Shown: piece after piece, positions 25,351 to 35,342 of the stretch
How positions within the stretch are numbered: the first letter of the stretch is position 1
Layout: each line of letters starts with the position of its first letter
Source of the DNA: Octopus bimaculoides
Taxonomy: Eukaryota
Assembly (NCBI RefSeq): GCF_001194135.2
Contig: NC_068981.1
Coordinates: 139,929,074 to 139,964,415 of the forward strand
DNA length: 35,342 nt
Direction: 5' to 3'
Position numbers and translations under genes: made by a program
The notes under the pieces: generated by a model
The model's database searches: none
What the model was told of the DNA's origin: nothing
What the model saw: the letters and a program-made list of their open reading frames with translations, nothing else

Positions 25351-26019
25351 GTACACACCCGTGTAGACATTCAAATATATACAAATACACGCAAACTTTA
25401 TCTCGATAGATCTTCAGCTCGTTTCAGCCATCTTCACAGTTAAAACCATGTCGGAGTAAGGCTTTGAAAATCTCCCCCGTTGCGAAGACTACTATTTATT
25501 TTATACAATCAAATAAAAATAATACGACCACTAAATAAATCAGCAGAGAAAGAATAAAGTACACATAATACATCCAACTGGTAGTTCTGTTTAGCGGTTG
25601 GGTAAATTCCTAATTTCAATTAGCAAACTTTTAGTTGTATTGATGCAATATTGTGTGCAATCATTATAGGCAAGTTGTTGATGTATCGTTTTTATTTGAT
25701 GATGAAAGGCATAGCAATCACTGTAAAACGTTCATGCACTGCAGTGATCTCCCGCAAGGTTCAAGGAATCACTTTCCACTTTCCTCTCTTCTGCATGAAG
25801 TTATGTAAATATAAAATACACAAGTGTATTCTCAATTTCGTTATCTCTTTCACTCATTCTTTCTTTTTTTTTTTTTTCTATTTATCCTACTTCAGTCTCT
25901 GACTGTCTCCTCTTCATTCGTGCCTAATTCAATACACACCACTCTTTCTCTCTGACTCTTTATTTTTCTCCAACATTCTATTCTGTCTTTCACCTACTTC
26001 TCCTACAACTCCTCCTCCA

Positions 26020-26345
26020 TTTTCATCATCATCATCATCATCATCATCGTCGTCGTCGTCGTCATCGTCATCATCATCAGTCTTCTTCACTTCTTGTCTT
26101 CATTGCCATCATCTCTTTTCTTCGTTTTTCTTCGCCTCTTCTTTCTTCTTCTTCTTCTTCTTCTTCTTCTTCTTCTTCTTCTTCTTCTTCTTCTTCTTCT
26201 TCTTCTTCTTCTTCTTCTTCTTCTTCTTCTCCACGCAACTTTATCATCATCGTTATCATCGTCGTCATCATCGTCGCCGTAGTCGTCGTTGTCGTCACCT
26301 TCCTCTGCCTCTTTCCCTTTCATCTTCTTTCTCATTCTTCGCATC
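26020..26345 (+). repeat. Compound (TCA/TCG)n and (TTC)n microsatellite region; pure TTC at about 26141-26230
   Basis: Direct reading. It explains the poly-E, poly-R and poly-L ORFs. Confidence 0.95.
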
Positions 26346-26659
26346 TTTCATTTTCTCTCTCTCATATCTCCAGAGGTCTTTAGTTCGTTTCAGCTATCAT
26401 GAAGACAGCCATGCTAAAGAAATGCCTGTATTCTATATATCCACATTCCGAATGTATAATTAATCAAAGCTCCCTCTCTCTATTTCTCTACTTCTCTCAT
26501 TTTCTCTCTCTCTCTCCACCTCTCCTTCCCTCCATCATTCTATTTCATTCCATTTCATTCCATTCTTCAACGGAAGGCTATCTACATGTTAAGGAACGAA
26601 CCAGATTTCCTGGACATCAGTGTAATAAGCATGGTAGCCACCCCTATATATTGATTAAA

Positions 26660-26863
26660 ATTTTGGTACAAAGCAAGAAATTTCGAGGGAAGGAGTAAAT
26701 CGATTACATCGAACCCAGGGTTCAAATGTGAACTTTTTTATCGACTCTGAAAGGATGAAAAGCAAAGACTATCTCAGCGGAACCGGAACTCAGAAACGTA
26801 ATGGCGGACGAAATGCTGCTAAGTATTTTCCCCGGCGTGCTAATGCTTTTGCCAGCTCACCAC
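26660..26863 (-). mobile_element. SINE family A, near full length
   Basis: Ends ccccggcgtgctaatgcttttgccagctcacc (reverse complement of the head) and contains ttatcgactctgaaaggatgaaa. Confidence 0.85.
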
Positions 26864-26880
26864 CATTATATATTCTTTCA

Positions 26881-27035
26881 CATTTTGGCACAAGTCCATC
26901 AATTTTAGGGGAGGAGAAATTCGTCTATAGCGACCCCAGTGTTCAACTAGTACTTGTTTTATCAAGACCGAAAGTATGAAAGGTAAAATCGACTTTGGCG
27001 ATATTTGAACTCAGCACGTAAAGGCGGATGAACCC
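26881..27035 (-). mobile_element. SINE family A, second adjacent partial copy
   Basis: cgaccccagtgttcaactagtacttgttttatcaagaccgaaagtatgaaaggtaaaatcgactttggcgatatttgaactcag. Confidence 0.75.
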
Positions 27036-27448
27036 CCATTATATATTATAGTAAGTTCATCTGGATTTTGCAGAGATACATGTGCTGATGATTGTGTATG
27101 TATGTATATGTGTATATATCTGTGTGCGGGAGTATATCTCGGTACATTTGCTTCTGCATCTATGTATGAACGTTTGTCTCTAGGGGTGGTGCGAAATTTT
27201 CTACAAAAATTTAAGTCTCTGTTTCACAGCGTAAATGTAGTTGTGGCATAACAAGGAGTTGGTTAAACACCTCTAAGTGCATGAGCGCCATCGTGTCTGC
27301 CTCACTTCAATTTTATAAATATCTATCTGCATGAATGTCAGACTGGTAAGTGGATCGTTGTGTACGTGTGCAATCATGCTTTCGCTTGTATACGCGAATG
27401 TTAGATTATTCACGTACACACACACACAAACACACACCAACACATACG

Positions 27449-27500
<52 letters not shown>

Positions 27501-27928
27501 CGTGCATCTGGTGTGTGTGCGCGTTTGAGTGTGTGTGTGTGTACATGCTCATACATATATACAAGCATATATAAATTTTGTATCGGAGAGTCCCCTGCCT
27601 ATGGAGAGGAAACTAAAGGGATGCGAGTTTGTGTGAATATGCGTTTGTGCCTGTGTGTATATATATATGAGTGTGCGTGTGTATGTGTGTGAGTGTGTCT
27701 TTCTTCGCTTCTGTCTGTGTTTCACTTCACTTGTTTATGTGATTACATGACTGTTTTTATGTAATTTTCAAAACAGCATCCAAGAGCATAATCAACAGAC
27801 TTTGTGAGAGAGCGTCTGAGGAGACATGGTCGCTTAACAATGCTTTCATAACAAAGCTATCGAAATTATGGGTAGAGAATGAATACACACAAACGTTCGT
27901 GCACGCGAACACAGAGTTACACACATGT

Positions 27929-27930
<2 letters not shown>

Positions 27931-27991
<61 letters not shown>
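27931..27991 (+). repeat. (CA)n microsatellite
   Basis: Direct reading. Confidence 0.95.
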
Positions 27992-27997
<6 letters not shown>

Positions 27998-28169
27998 CAC
28001 ACAGAAAAATACTTCTCATCAATTAGTCTCCATGCTTAATGTATTCGAAAACAAAACCAGATTCCAGCAGTGACAATTATATATACATAAAGAATGCGCG
28101 AGATAAAATTACTATGATAACAACGGTACACATACATACACACACACACACTCACACACATAGACACGC

Positions 28170-28237
<68 letters not shown>

Positions 28238-28787
28238 NNNNNNNNNNNNNNNNNNNNNNNNNNNNNNNNNNNNNNNNNNNNNNNNNNNNNNNNNNNNNNN
28301 NNNNNNNNNNNNNNNNNNNNNNNNNNNNNNNNNNNNNNNNNNNNNNNNNNNNNNNNNNNNNNNNNNNNNNNNNNNNNNNNNNNNNNNNNNNNNNNNNNNN
28401 NNNNNNNNNNNNNNNNNNNNNNNNNNNNNNNNNNNNNNNNNNNNNNNNNNNNNNNNNNNNNNNNNNNNNNNNNNNNNNNNNNNNNNNNNNNNNNNNNNNN
28501 NNNNNNNNNNNNNNNNNNNNNNNNNNNNNNNNNNNNNNNNNNNNNNNNNNNNNNNNNNNNNNNNNNNNNNNNNNNNNNNNNNNNNNNNNNNNNNNNNNNN
28601 NNNNNNNNNNNNNNNNNNNNNNNNNNNNNNNNNNNNNNNNNNNNNNNNNNNNNNNNNNNNNNNNNNNNNNNNNNNNNNNNNNNNNNNNNNNNNNNNNNNN
28701 NNNNNNNNNNNNNNNNNNNNNNNNNNNNNNNNNNNNNNNNNNNNNNNNNNNNNNNNNNNNNNNNNNNNNNNNNNNNNNNNNNNNNNN

Positions 28788-28842
<55 letters not shown>

Positions 28843-29568
28843 TTATATATATGTGTGTGTTTATACATATATACATATACATATATATATATATATATGT
28901 GTGTGTGTTTATACATATACATATATATATATATGCATATATATACATATACATACACTTATATAATTATATACATACTGGTATATATACACAAATATAT
29001 ACTCACACCCATAGACATATATACATACACACACTACTATTACACATGTATCTGCATGGATGTCATCAAGTAATTACTATAATTTCATCAAAGCAACAAA
29101 ATGAATTATAAATATTAATTTAGCGAAACAATCTCACATGTAACTCGTGATCGTTTGTTGATTTTTGTTTTTTCATCTTCATACTACTTTCGTTAATGCA
29201 CCCTTTTAAGTAATTGGATTCTTTCGATGCAAGTAACATACCGGTGCCCTCTATCTCGCTTTTCTTTTCTGTTTTTTTTTTATATGCATTCTGTTTTCTT
29301 TTGTACATCTAACATGGTGAAAAGAAACGCTAAGTGTCATCAGAAATGTGACATGAAGACTGCGTTGCCAAACTATTTCAAGCGTTTCGTGATACAAATG
29401 ATATTAAATATTATCAAGTTCTTGCTACTGCTGTTGCTTCTGTTCTTCTCGATGATATTTCAGTATTATTAATTGTTGTTATTGTTGCTTTTCGGTGACC
29501 GAGCAAGCAATGGTTGAAAAGTGTCTCACAACAGCATAAAATGAGTATTAATGTTTTCTTCTTCTTCT

Positions 29569-29639
<71 letters not shown>

Positions 29640-30638
29640 TATGTGTGTGTGTGTATCTATATTAAAGTAATTGCGATTATGTCCGGTCATCGAGTGACCA
29701 ATGGTTTGGCATCCACAAAGGCTTTAGTCTCGTGGATATCTCGTCGCACTCTAAAGCCGAAGACAAGTGTAATTTTTCATCTCTGGGAGACAGGAATCCG
29801 CTACGGTCATTTGGTCAGTTGGTCATCAAAGAGGAAATAGTCCACGGTCAGCGAAGAAGGGTTATCGATCTTAGACCAGTTTCATGCGAGTCTAAAGAGT
29901 GGAAGCAAGGGATTTATCCCTTGGGCAGCTTTTGGATCGTAATGGTGCCACTCATTAAATGAGGTTCAGTCTGAAATCTACTATATGAAGTCGCGGTCCT
30001 AGTAATGTTAGCTACAACTACATTCATGTTGAGTAACAATATTTAAGTGTTGTCGATTCTATCGAACTAGTGTGTAATGGTTATTTTACCAATCTTAGGA
30101 GGTCATTCGGCGAGTAAAGTGACATAACAGAATCAGTGTAAAATATAAGCAGTTCTTGTTCGTCGTAGGGCTCTAATTTCGAAAATCTAAAATACAGAGG
30201 AATGCATTTTATATACATGCATAGACATACAAGCATACTTGCACACACGCATACTTGCATACAAACAAACACACACACACATACACACACACACGCACAC
30301 ACACAAACACACACGTGTGTCTATGTGTGGTAATTGGTCCTTCCCTTCTCATAGAATCGTAGGAGTGGGTGACGTCGACGGGTACGACGCGTAAGGTCAT
30401 TTTAGCCCTGCTAGCTACTATATTTTTCCATCTTTATTCCGAGCCGAATTCGTAGCATCAAACTGAAAAAGAACAGAATAGCATGCAATGATGAAGTTGT
30501 ACATATATTCATCTTTCCCTGAAATGATTAAAATTAGCGTTGTGCTAATCCGGAACGAGTTTTATCTCTTTGCGATAACTACGTGTCAATCGTTGGCGAT
30601 TTTCTTCTTCCGTCTTCCCTTCTTTTGGACTTTCATCT

Positions 30639-30673
30639 ATTTCTGAAGAAGAGCTTTGCTCGAAACATTAAAT
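30639..30673 (+). ncRNA. Minimal type-I hammerhead ribozyme-like motif, copy 1 (G-to-A change before the cleavage triplet)
   Basis: ATTT-CTGAAGA-A-GAGC-TTT-GCTC-GAAA-C-ATT-AAAT: stem I ATTT/AAAT, CUGANGA box, 4-bp stem II, GAAA box. Confidence 0.6.
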
Positions 30674-30845
30674 CCTCTGTCATTTCTTTCCTGAGCGTCT
30701 GATGATACATTACTTGTACCACGTCCTCGCGTTGTTGTTTTTTCGTGTTTGTTCTTCTTTGTTTGGATTCACCGTATATATATGACCGCGTGTGTATCGT
30801 TGGGGATTTTCTTTCTCCGTCTTCCCTTCTTTGAAATTTTTCCAT

Positions 30846-30880
30846 ATTTTTGATGAAGAACTCCGCTCGAAACGTTAAAT
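30846..30880 (+). ncRNA. Minimal type-I hammerhead ribozyme-like motif, copy 2 (C3-to-U change and one stem II mismatch)
   Basis: ATTT-TTGATGA-A-GAAC-TCC-GCTC-GAAA-C-GTT-AAAT, with the palindromic AACGTT stem III and a GUU site. Confidence 0.55.
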
Positions 30881-30989
30881 TCTCTTTCTTTTCTTTCCTT
30901 TCCAGAGCGTCCAATAACACTGTACTTATTCCACATCCTCGCATTGTTGTTTTTCCGTGTTTTTTCTTGCTTCTTCATGTTTGGATTGA

Positions 30990-31042
<53 letters not shown>

Positions 31043-31043
<1 letters not shown>

Positions 31044-31145
31044 CTGCTAGAAATAAGAGCCAAGTCTTCCTCGCATACTGTTTTTCTCTGTTATATTGGT
31101 TCGCTACGGTGGATTATTTAAGACTTGGCTCTTATTTCTAGCAGG
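31043..31145. mobile_element. 103-bp hairpin or MITE-like element with perfect 25-bp inverted repeats, flanked by TA
   Basis: ctgctagaaataagagccaagtctt (31044-31068) is the exact reverse complement of 31120-31144. TA lies at 31041-42 and 31146-47. Confidence 0.7.
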
Positions 31146-31330
31146 TAGATGCTCATTAAGCATCATTACGATATTTCATAGCTCCTTAAAGCTATCATAA
31201 CTGCGTTCCACCAATGCTACTACTGGTGATATCAAATTTTGAATTTATCCACGGATGATATGAACAGTAGTGACATCTAACTTCAAATCTCAGTGTTTGA
31301 ATATTTCATTTATATATATATATATATATA

Positions 31331-31440
31331 CAGTAATCCCTTGTAATATCGCGGTTCACCTATCACGGTTCACCAATTGCGGTTCACCTATCGCGGTTTA
31401 TTATTTAAGCTTACCTCGATTCCTCTGTGGTATTCGTTTG
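31331..31440 (+). mobile_element. Terminus of a pogo/Tigger-like non-autonomous DNA transposon, truncated at a gap
   Basis: Begins TA|cagtaatcccttg directly after (TA)n, followed by about 3.7 copies of the 14-bp unit atcgcggttcacct (31348-31399). The family assignment is from recall of cagt..tccctcg-type termini. Confidence 0.45.
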
Positions 31441-31450
31441 NNNNNNNNNN

Positions 31451-31734
31451 ATCTCTAATTAAAAATAAATAATATTGCTTTATATTTAAGATTCACTTCT
31501 TTAAAAAGGTTTCTCAATGTTAACTTCCGGTACGGACGTGAAAAAACGGCGACGTCTCTCACTCTCTACTTTTAATGTTCGCTTTCTGTAAACAACTATG
31601 ATCAATTACTGAAACACATATTTACGAAGTTCATAAATTTAAATATTCCGTACAAGTTAGTTTTTAACGTGCTTTTATTTATACGATTTTTGACACCCCT
31701 TCACTGGCTCTGTCTGTCTCTCTCTGTCTCTGCC

Positions 31735-31766
<32 letters not shown>

Positions 31767-33718
31767 ACACACACACAGCACACACGCGCACGCGCGCATA
31801 CACACGTGTGTCTGTAAATATGTTTGTATATATTTATGTATGTGTGTGCTTGTAAGAGACAGAGTGTGAGTGAGTCAAGGGGTGTGTTGTCATATGCATC
31901 CATCATTTTTGGATGTATGTGTGCGTATGTGTGTGTGTGAGACAGAGTGAGAGAGCGGTGTGTATGTAGTACTAGCAGAGGCACCCGGCGTTGCTCGGGA
32001 ATGAAATTGTTGCTTATATACTTGAAGAAAAAAAGGCAAAATATGCTGTATAGAAATTTGAGAGGACATTCTGTAGATGGACTTTCAGATGAATGATGGC
32101 TGGGCGCCTCTCATGAATGGGGAAAATTGAAGATGTGCCAAAAAGCCTCATTGGTACTTGGAAACTTTTACGAAAATTAAGATGAGGATTAAATGAAAAA
32201 AATGATTTATGTGAATATCCTCACAAGAGTAATTGAAATAAATGGCGATTGTGGAACCCCCCCACGCACGCACGCGCGCGCGCATACACACGTGTGTCTT
32301 TGTAAATATGTTTGTATACATTTATGTATGTGTGTGTTTGTAAGAGACAGAGTATGAGTGAGTCAAGGTGTGTTNNNNNNNNNNNNNNNNNNNNNNNNNN
32401 NNNNNNNNNNNNNNNNNNNNNNNNNNNNNNNNNNNNNNNNNNNNNNNNNNNNNNNNNNNNNNNNNNNNNNNNNNNNNNNNNNNNNNNNNNNNNNNNNNNN
32501 NNNNNNNNNNNNNNNNNNNNNNNNNNNNNNNNNNNNNNNNNNNNNNNNNNNNNNNNNNNNNNNNNNNNNNNNNNNNNNNNNNNNNNNNNNNNNNTGTTTG
32601 TATACATTTATGTATGTGTGTGTTTGTAAGAGACAGAGTGTGAGTGAGAGAGAGAGGTTTGTTGTCATGTATAAATATACATACATCTTTGGATGTATGC
32701 ATATGACAACACAGCCCTTGACTCACTCACACTCTGTCTCTTACAAACACGCACGGCCGCGCATACACACGTGTGTCTTTGTAAATATGTTTGTATACAT
32801 TTATGTATGTGTGTGTTTGTAAGAGACAGAGTATGAGTGAGTCAAGGTGTGTTTGTGTGTGCGTGCGTGAGACAGAGTGAGAGAGCAATGTGTATGTAGT
32901 ATTTACTCTCTCTCTCGCTCTCTCATACACACTCACACACACACTCGCACACAAAATAGAGACTGAAGCTTTTTGCCGTTGTTACGTCAATACCGGAAGT
33001 TGACATTGAGGAACCTTTTTAAAGAAGTGAATCTTAAATATAAAGCAATATTATTTATTTTTAATTAAAAAAATCAAATGAACAGCCTAACATTTATCCG
33101 AGGTCAAATTATTTACGCATCACAAGTATGGAAGCATTTGGTGAAGTCGATTTCACTCGAAAAGCGATTACACACACATCTCTGTTTTGTATATAGTATA
33201 GATTTACTCTCTCTCTCTCTCCCATACACACGCACACACACACACACGCACACAAAGATATATGCATATTTATGCATGTACATATACATGACAACAAACC
33301 TCTCTCTCTCTCTGTCACACACACACACACACACACGCACACACACACACACGCACACACACACACTTACATTTCATCTGATGTATGATACTCTGTGTGT
33401 GTGCGTGTGTGCTTTCGTGCGTGCGTGAGGGGTTCCACAATCGCAATTTATTTCAATTACTCTTGCGAGGATATTCACGTAAATCATTTTTTTCATTTAA
33501 TCCACATTTTAATTTTCGTAAAAGATCCCAAGTACCAATGAGGCTTTTTGGCGCATCTTTAATTTTCCAATTCATGAGAGGTGCCCAGTCATCATTCGTC
33601 TGAGAGTCCATCTACAGTATGTCCTCAGATTTCTATACAGCATATTTTGCTTTTTTCCTTCCAGTATATAAGCAACAATTTCAACTTCATTCCCGGGCAA
33701 CGCCCGGTTGCTCTTCGA

Positions 33719-33720
<2 letters not shown>
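31451..33720 (-). mobile_element. Helentron/HINE-like non-autonomous element (host copy), interrupted by the copy at 31972-33202
   Basis: 33425-33720 is the reverse complement of 31972-32262, and 31455-31560 is the reverse complement of about 32960-33068. Its 5' end on the minus strand is actcgaagagcaaccgggcgttgcccggg, next to (TA)n. Confidence 0.65.
31972..33202 (+). mobile_element. Helentron/HINE-like non-autonomous element (nested copy) with an internal satellite
   Basis: 5' end (a)ctagcagaggcacccggcgttgctcggg with a subterminal GC hairpin, 3' end ctctgttttgtatatagtataga(t), internal tandem and inverted units, no TSD, inserted at an A|TTT site. These features are typical of Helentron-associated elements. 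Confidence 0.7.
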
Positions 33721-33758
<38 letters not shown>

Positions 33759-33799
33759 TTATTTCCTTTACTGGAGAAATGGTGGAGCACCGTCTTTCA

Positions 33800-34830
33800 G
33801 AGTTTTGATGTCTCATATCGGTACCGTTTCTGGAGAAGTGAGTTGGGCGAAGTTGTTTTTCTTTGTGCCGCCTGTCGTGATGTAGTCTCCTCTGAGATTT
33901 CTGATAAAAAATTGTCATGGTGCTTTTGAATGTTCCCAGATCTACACCTTGAAGATCTATTAGGTCCCTTGGAAGGATGTTAAACCGGTGTGGTACACAG
34001 AAACCTGAGCTAATGGAATACTGGAACCTTATCTGAAATGAATAAGATGGTATCTTTGGTATTATGCCGTGCCCTCCAGCTAGATGGTTTGTATAACTTT
34101 TAATTCCAAAGTTGTGAGCTAGACATTCCAGGATCTTCCGTATATATGTCACAGCATACTTTTCTCTCCAAGGAGTAGAGCTTCATTTCTTGTAACCTCA
34201 CCTATTTGCTCATCTGTTTCACCAAGTCAATCTTCTTAATGGCGCTAGACTCTCTCAAGTTTCGTAACAAAATTTGACATTCTGCTACGGGAGCAGTAAT
34301 CCAGACGACTGAGAACAAATGTGCTTCATAAAAGCAGCAAAGTATCCTTATTTCTGGCTCTGAATGACCTAAAGATGCATCAAGCTACTCGACTACATAG
34401 TGTTGCCATCCTGGCAATACGCACGCGAAAAGTTGCATCACTACTCATGTGGATTCCCAGGTCACGCACCGAGTTTAACTCTGGGGTTGCACTGACTCCT
34501 GATCCTATGCATTCCGAATGTAGTCTGTGGGTCGATAGCGGAGTGCACTGAAACTTATCAGCATTCCACTGCATGTTATTTTCATCAGTTCATTTGTATA
34601 TTGCATGCAAGTCATTTTGCAGTTTTACTATGCCATTAAGGTCTTTGACAGCCTGAGATATGTTTGTATCATTAGCATAACTGGTGAATGGTTGCCCTGC
34701 AAAACTAAAGGAAATGTCTGAGAGAGCCGCAACAAATAGTAGTGGTCCCAGTACAGTTCCCTGCAATGGTTGCAATTCTGTCCTTGAAAATGTCATGCGG
34801 CCACTCTCAGTTTTGCAGTGATACAAAAAT
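33800..34830 (-). mobile_element. CR1-like LINE ORF2 remnant (RT and C-terminus)
   Basis: LQGTVLGPLLF, SYANDTNI (YADDT equivalent), LQNDLHAIYK, NNMQWNADKFQC, VRDLGIHMSSDATF, SRLDYCS, TYIRKILE and RFNILPRDL..L.GV....FK. Confidence 0.88.
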
Positions 34831-34914
34831 TATGTAGTTTGTGACATATCTGGATGGAGTGAGGGGGATGAAGCGCAGACCCCTACTGAGGAGGAAGCGC
34901 TCCGCTATCTCTAT

Positions 34915-35160
34915 ATACGTGTGTGTGTGCGTGTAGGTAAATGCATATGTAAGTAAACCGACAGATAAACACACACACACACACATACAAACACAAAAAC
35001 ATGAACACACAAACATGTATATGCAGAATACATATGTAGAAACGTACACACATGCACATATATACATACATACACACAGATACATACATGCATGCGTACA
35101 TACATGTGTGTATACACATACACACTGACACGCACACACACATACGCACAAACAAACAAA
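34915..35160 (+). repeat. Degenerate (CA/TACA)n low-complexity tract
   Basis: Direct reading. It gives the CV-rich ORFs. Confidence 0.9.
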
Positions 35161-35310
35161 CAAAAAGATCAGCCAACAGCTATTGAAAACTTTGCAAGAC
35201 GCAATGAAAATTTTAGAAAAAAATAAATAGGTAAACGAGTGGAAATCGAACCGGTGAATGTGTTTAAATAATAAGGCACTAACAGAGAATGACTCTCTCC
35301 AGACACAATA

Positions 35311-35342
<32 letters not shown>

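Larger units (their letters stand above)
30591..30992 (+). repeat. Two diverged tandem copies of a 207-bp unit, Penelope pLTR or retrozyme-like
   Basis: Units start cgttggcgatttt (30591) and cgttggggatttt (30798). They share ccgtcttcccttc, gctcgaaac, gagcgtc, cctcgc.ttgttgttttt and gtttggatt, and each ends in a TA-rich tract. Confidence 0.9.

Noticed and set aside
27231-27350. Candidate 114-nt exon ending at a strong donor (ctg|gtaagt)
   Set aside because: Stops occur in all frames and the acceptor choice is ambiguous.
27777-27875. Plus-strand peptide [31 protein letters not shown] as a possible exon
   Set aside because: Weak splice sites, embedded in microsatellites, no partner exons.
14-35176. 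Most ORFs in the supplied track (poly-K/L/F/R/E/D, YI, CV, HT, YLSI repeats, X runs)
   Set aside because: They are translations of microsatellites or N gaps, with no domain-like sequence.
1-35342. CRISPR array or prokaryotic defence system
   Set aside because: The sequence is eukaryotic repeat DNA and has no regularly spaced repeat-spacer structure. The 14-bp and 207-bp repeats lack unique spacers.

Overview
Eukaryotic, very AT-rich, microsatellite-dense genomic DNA with 8 assembly gaps. The SINE families and repeat style suggest a cephalopod, probably Octopus; this is an inference from recalled repeat sequences, not a database result. No intact protein-coding gene, rRNA, tRNA gene or CRISPR array can be supported. 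Most ORFs in the supplied track are translations of microsatellites or N gaps. The window is an intergenic or intronic transposon graveyard. It holds a near full-length degenerate mariner with intact 23-bp TIRs and TA duplication (6542-7743), and fragments of several retroelement groups (Penelope-like, R4/Dong-like, L1/Tx1-like, CR1-like, Jockey/I-like). There are about ten copies of three tRNA-related SINE families, a 103-bp hairpin MITE, and a Helentron-like non-autonomous element nested in an oppositely oriented copy of itself. The most interesting signal is a 207-bp tandem repeat (30591-30992). Each unit carries a minimal type-I hammerhead-ribozyme motif, and the two copies carry different defects, so their consensus is intact, as expected for a Penelope pLTR or retrozyme-like array. 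A few decayed coding-like stretches and orphan exon-like segments are reported at low confidence.
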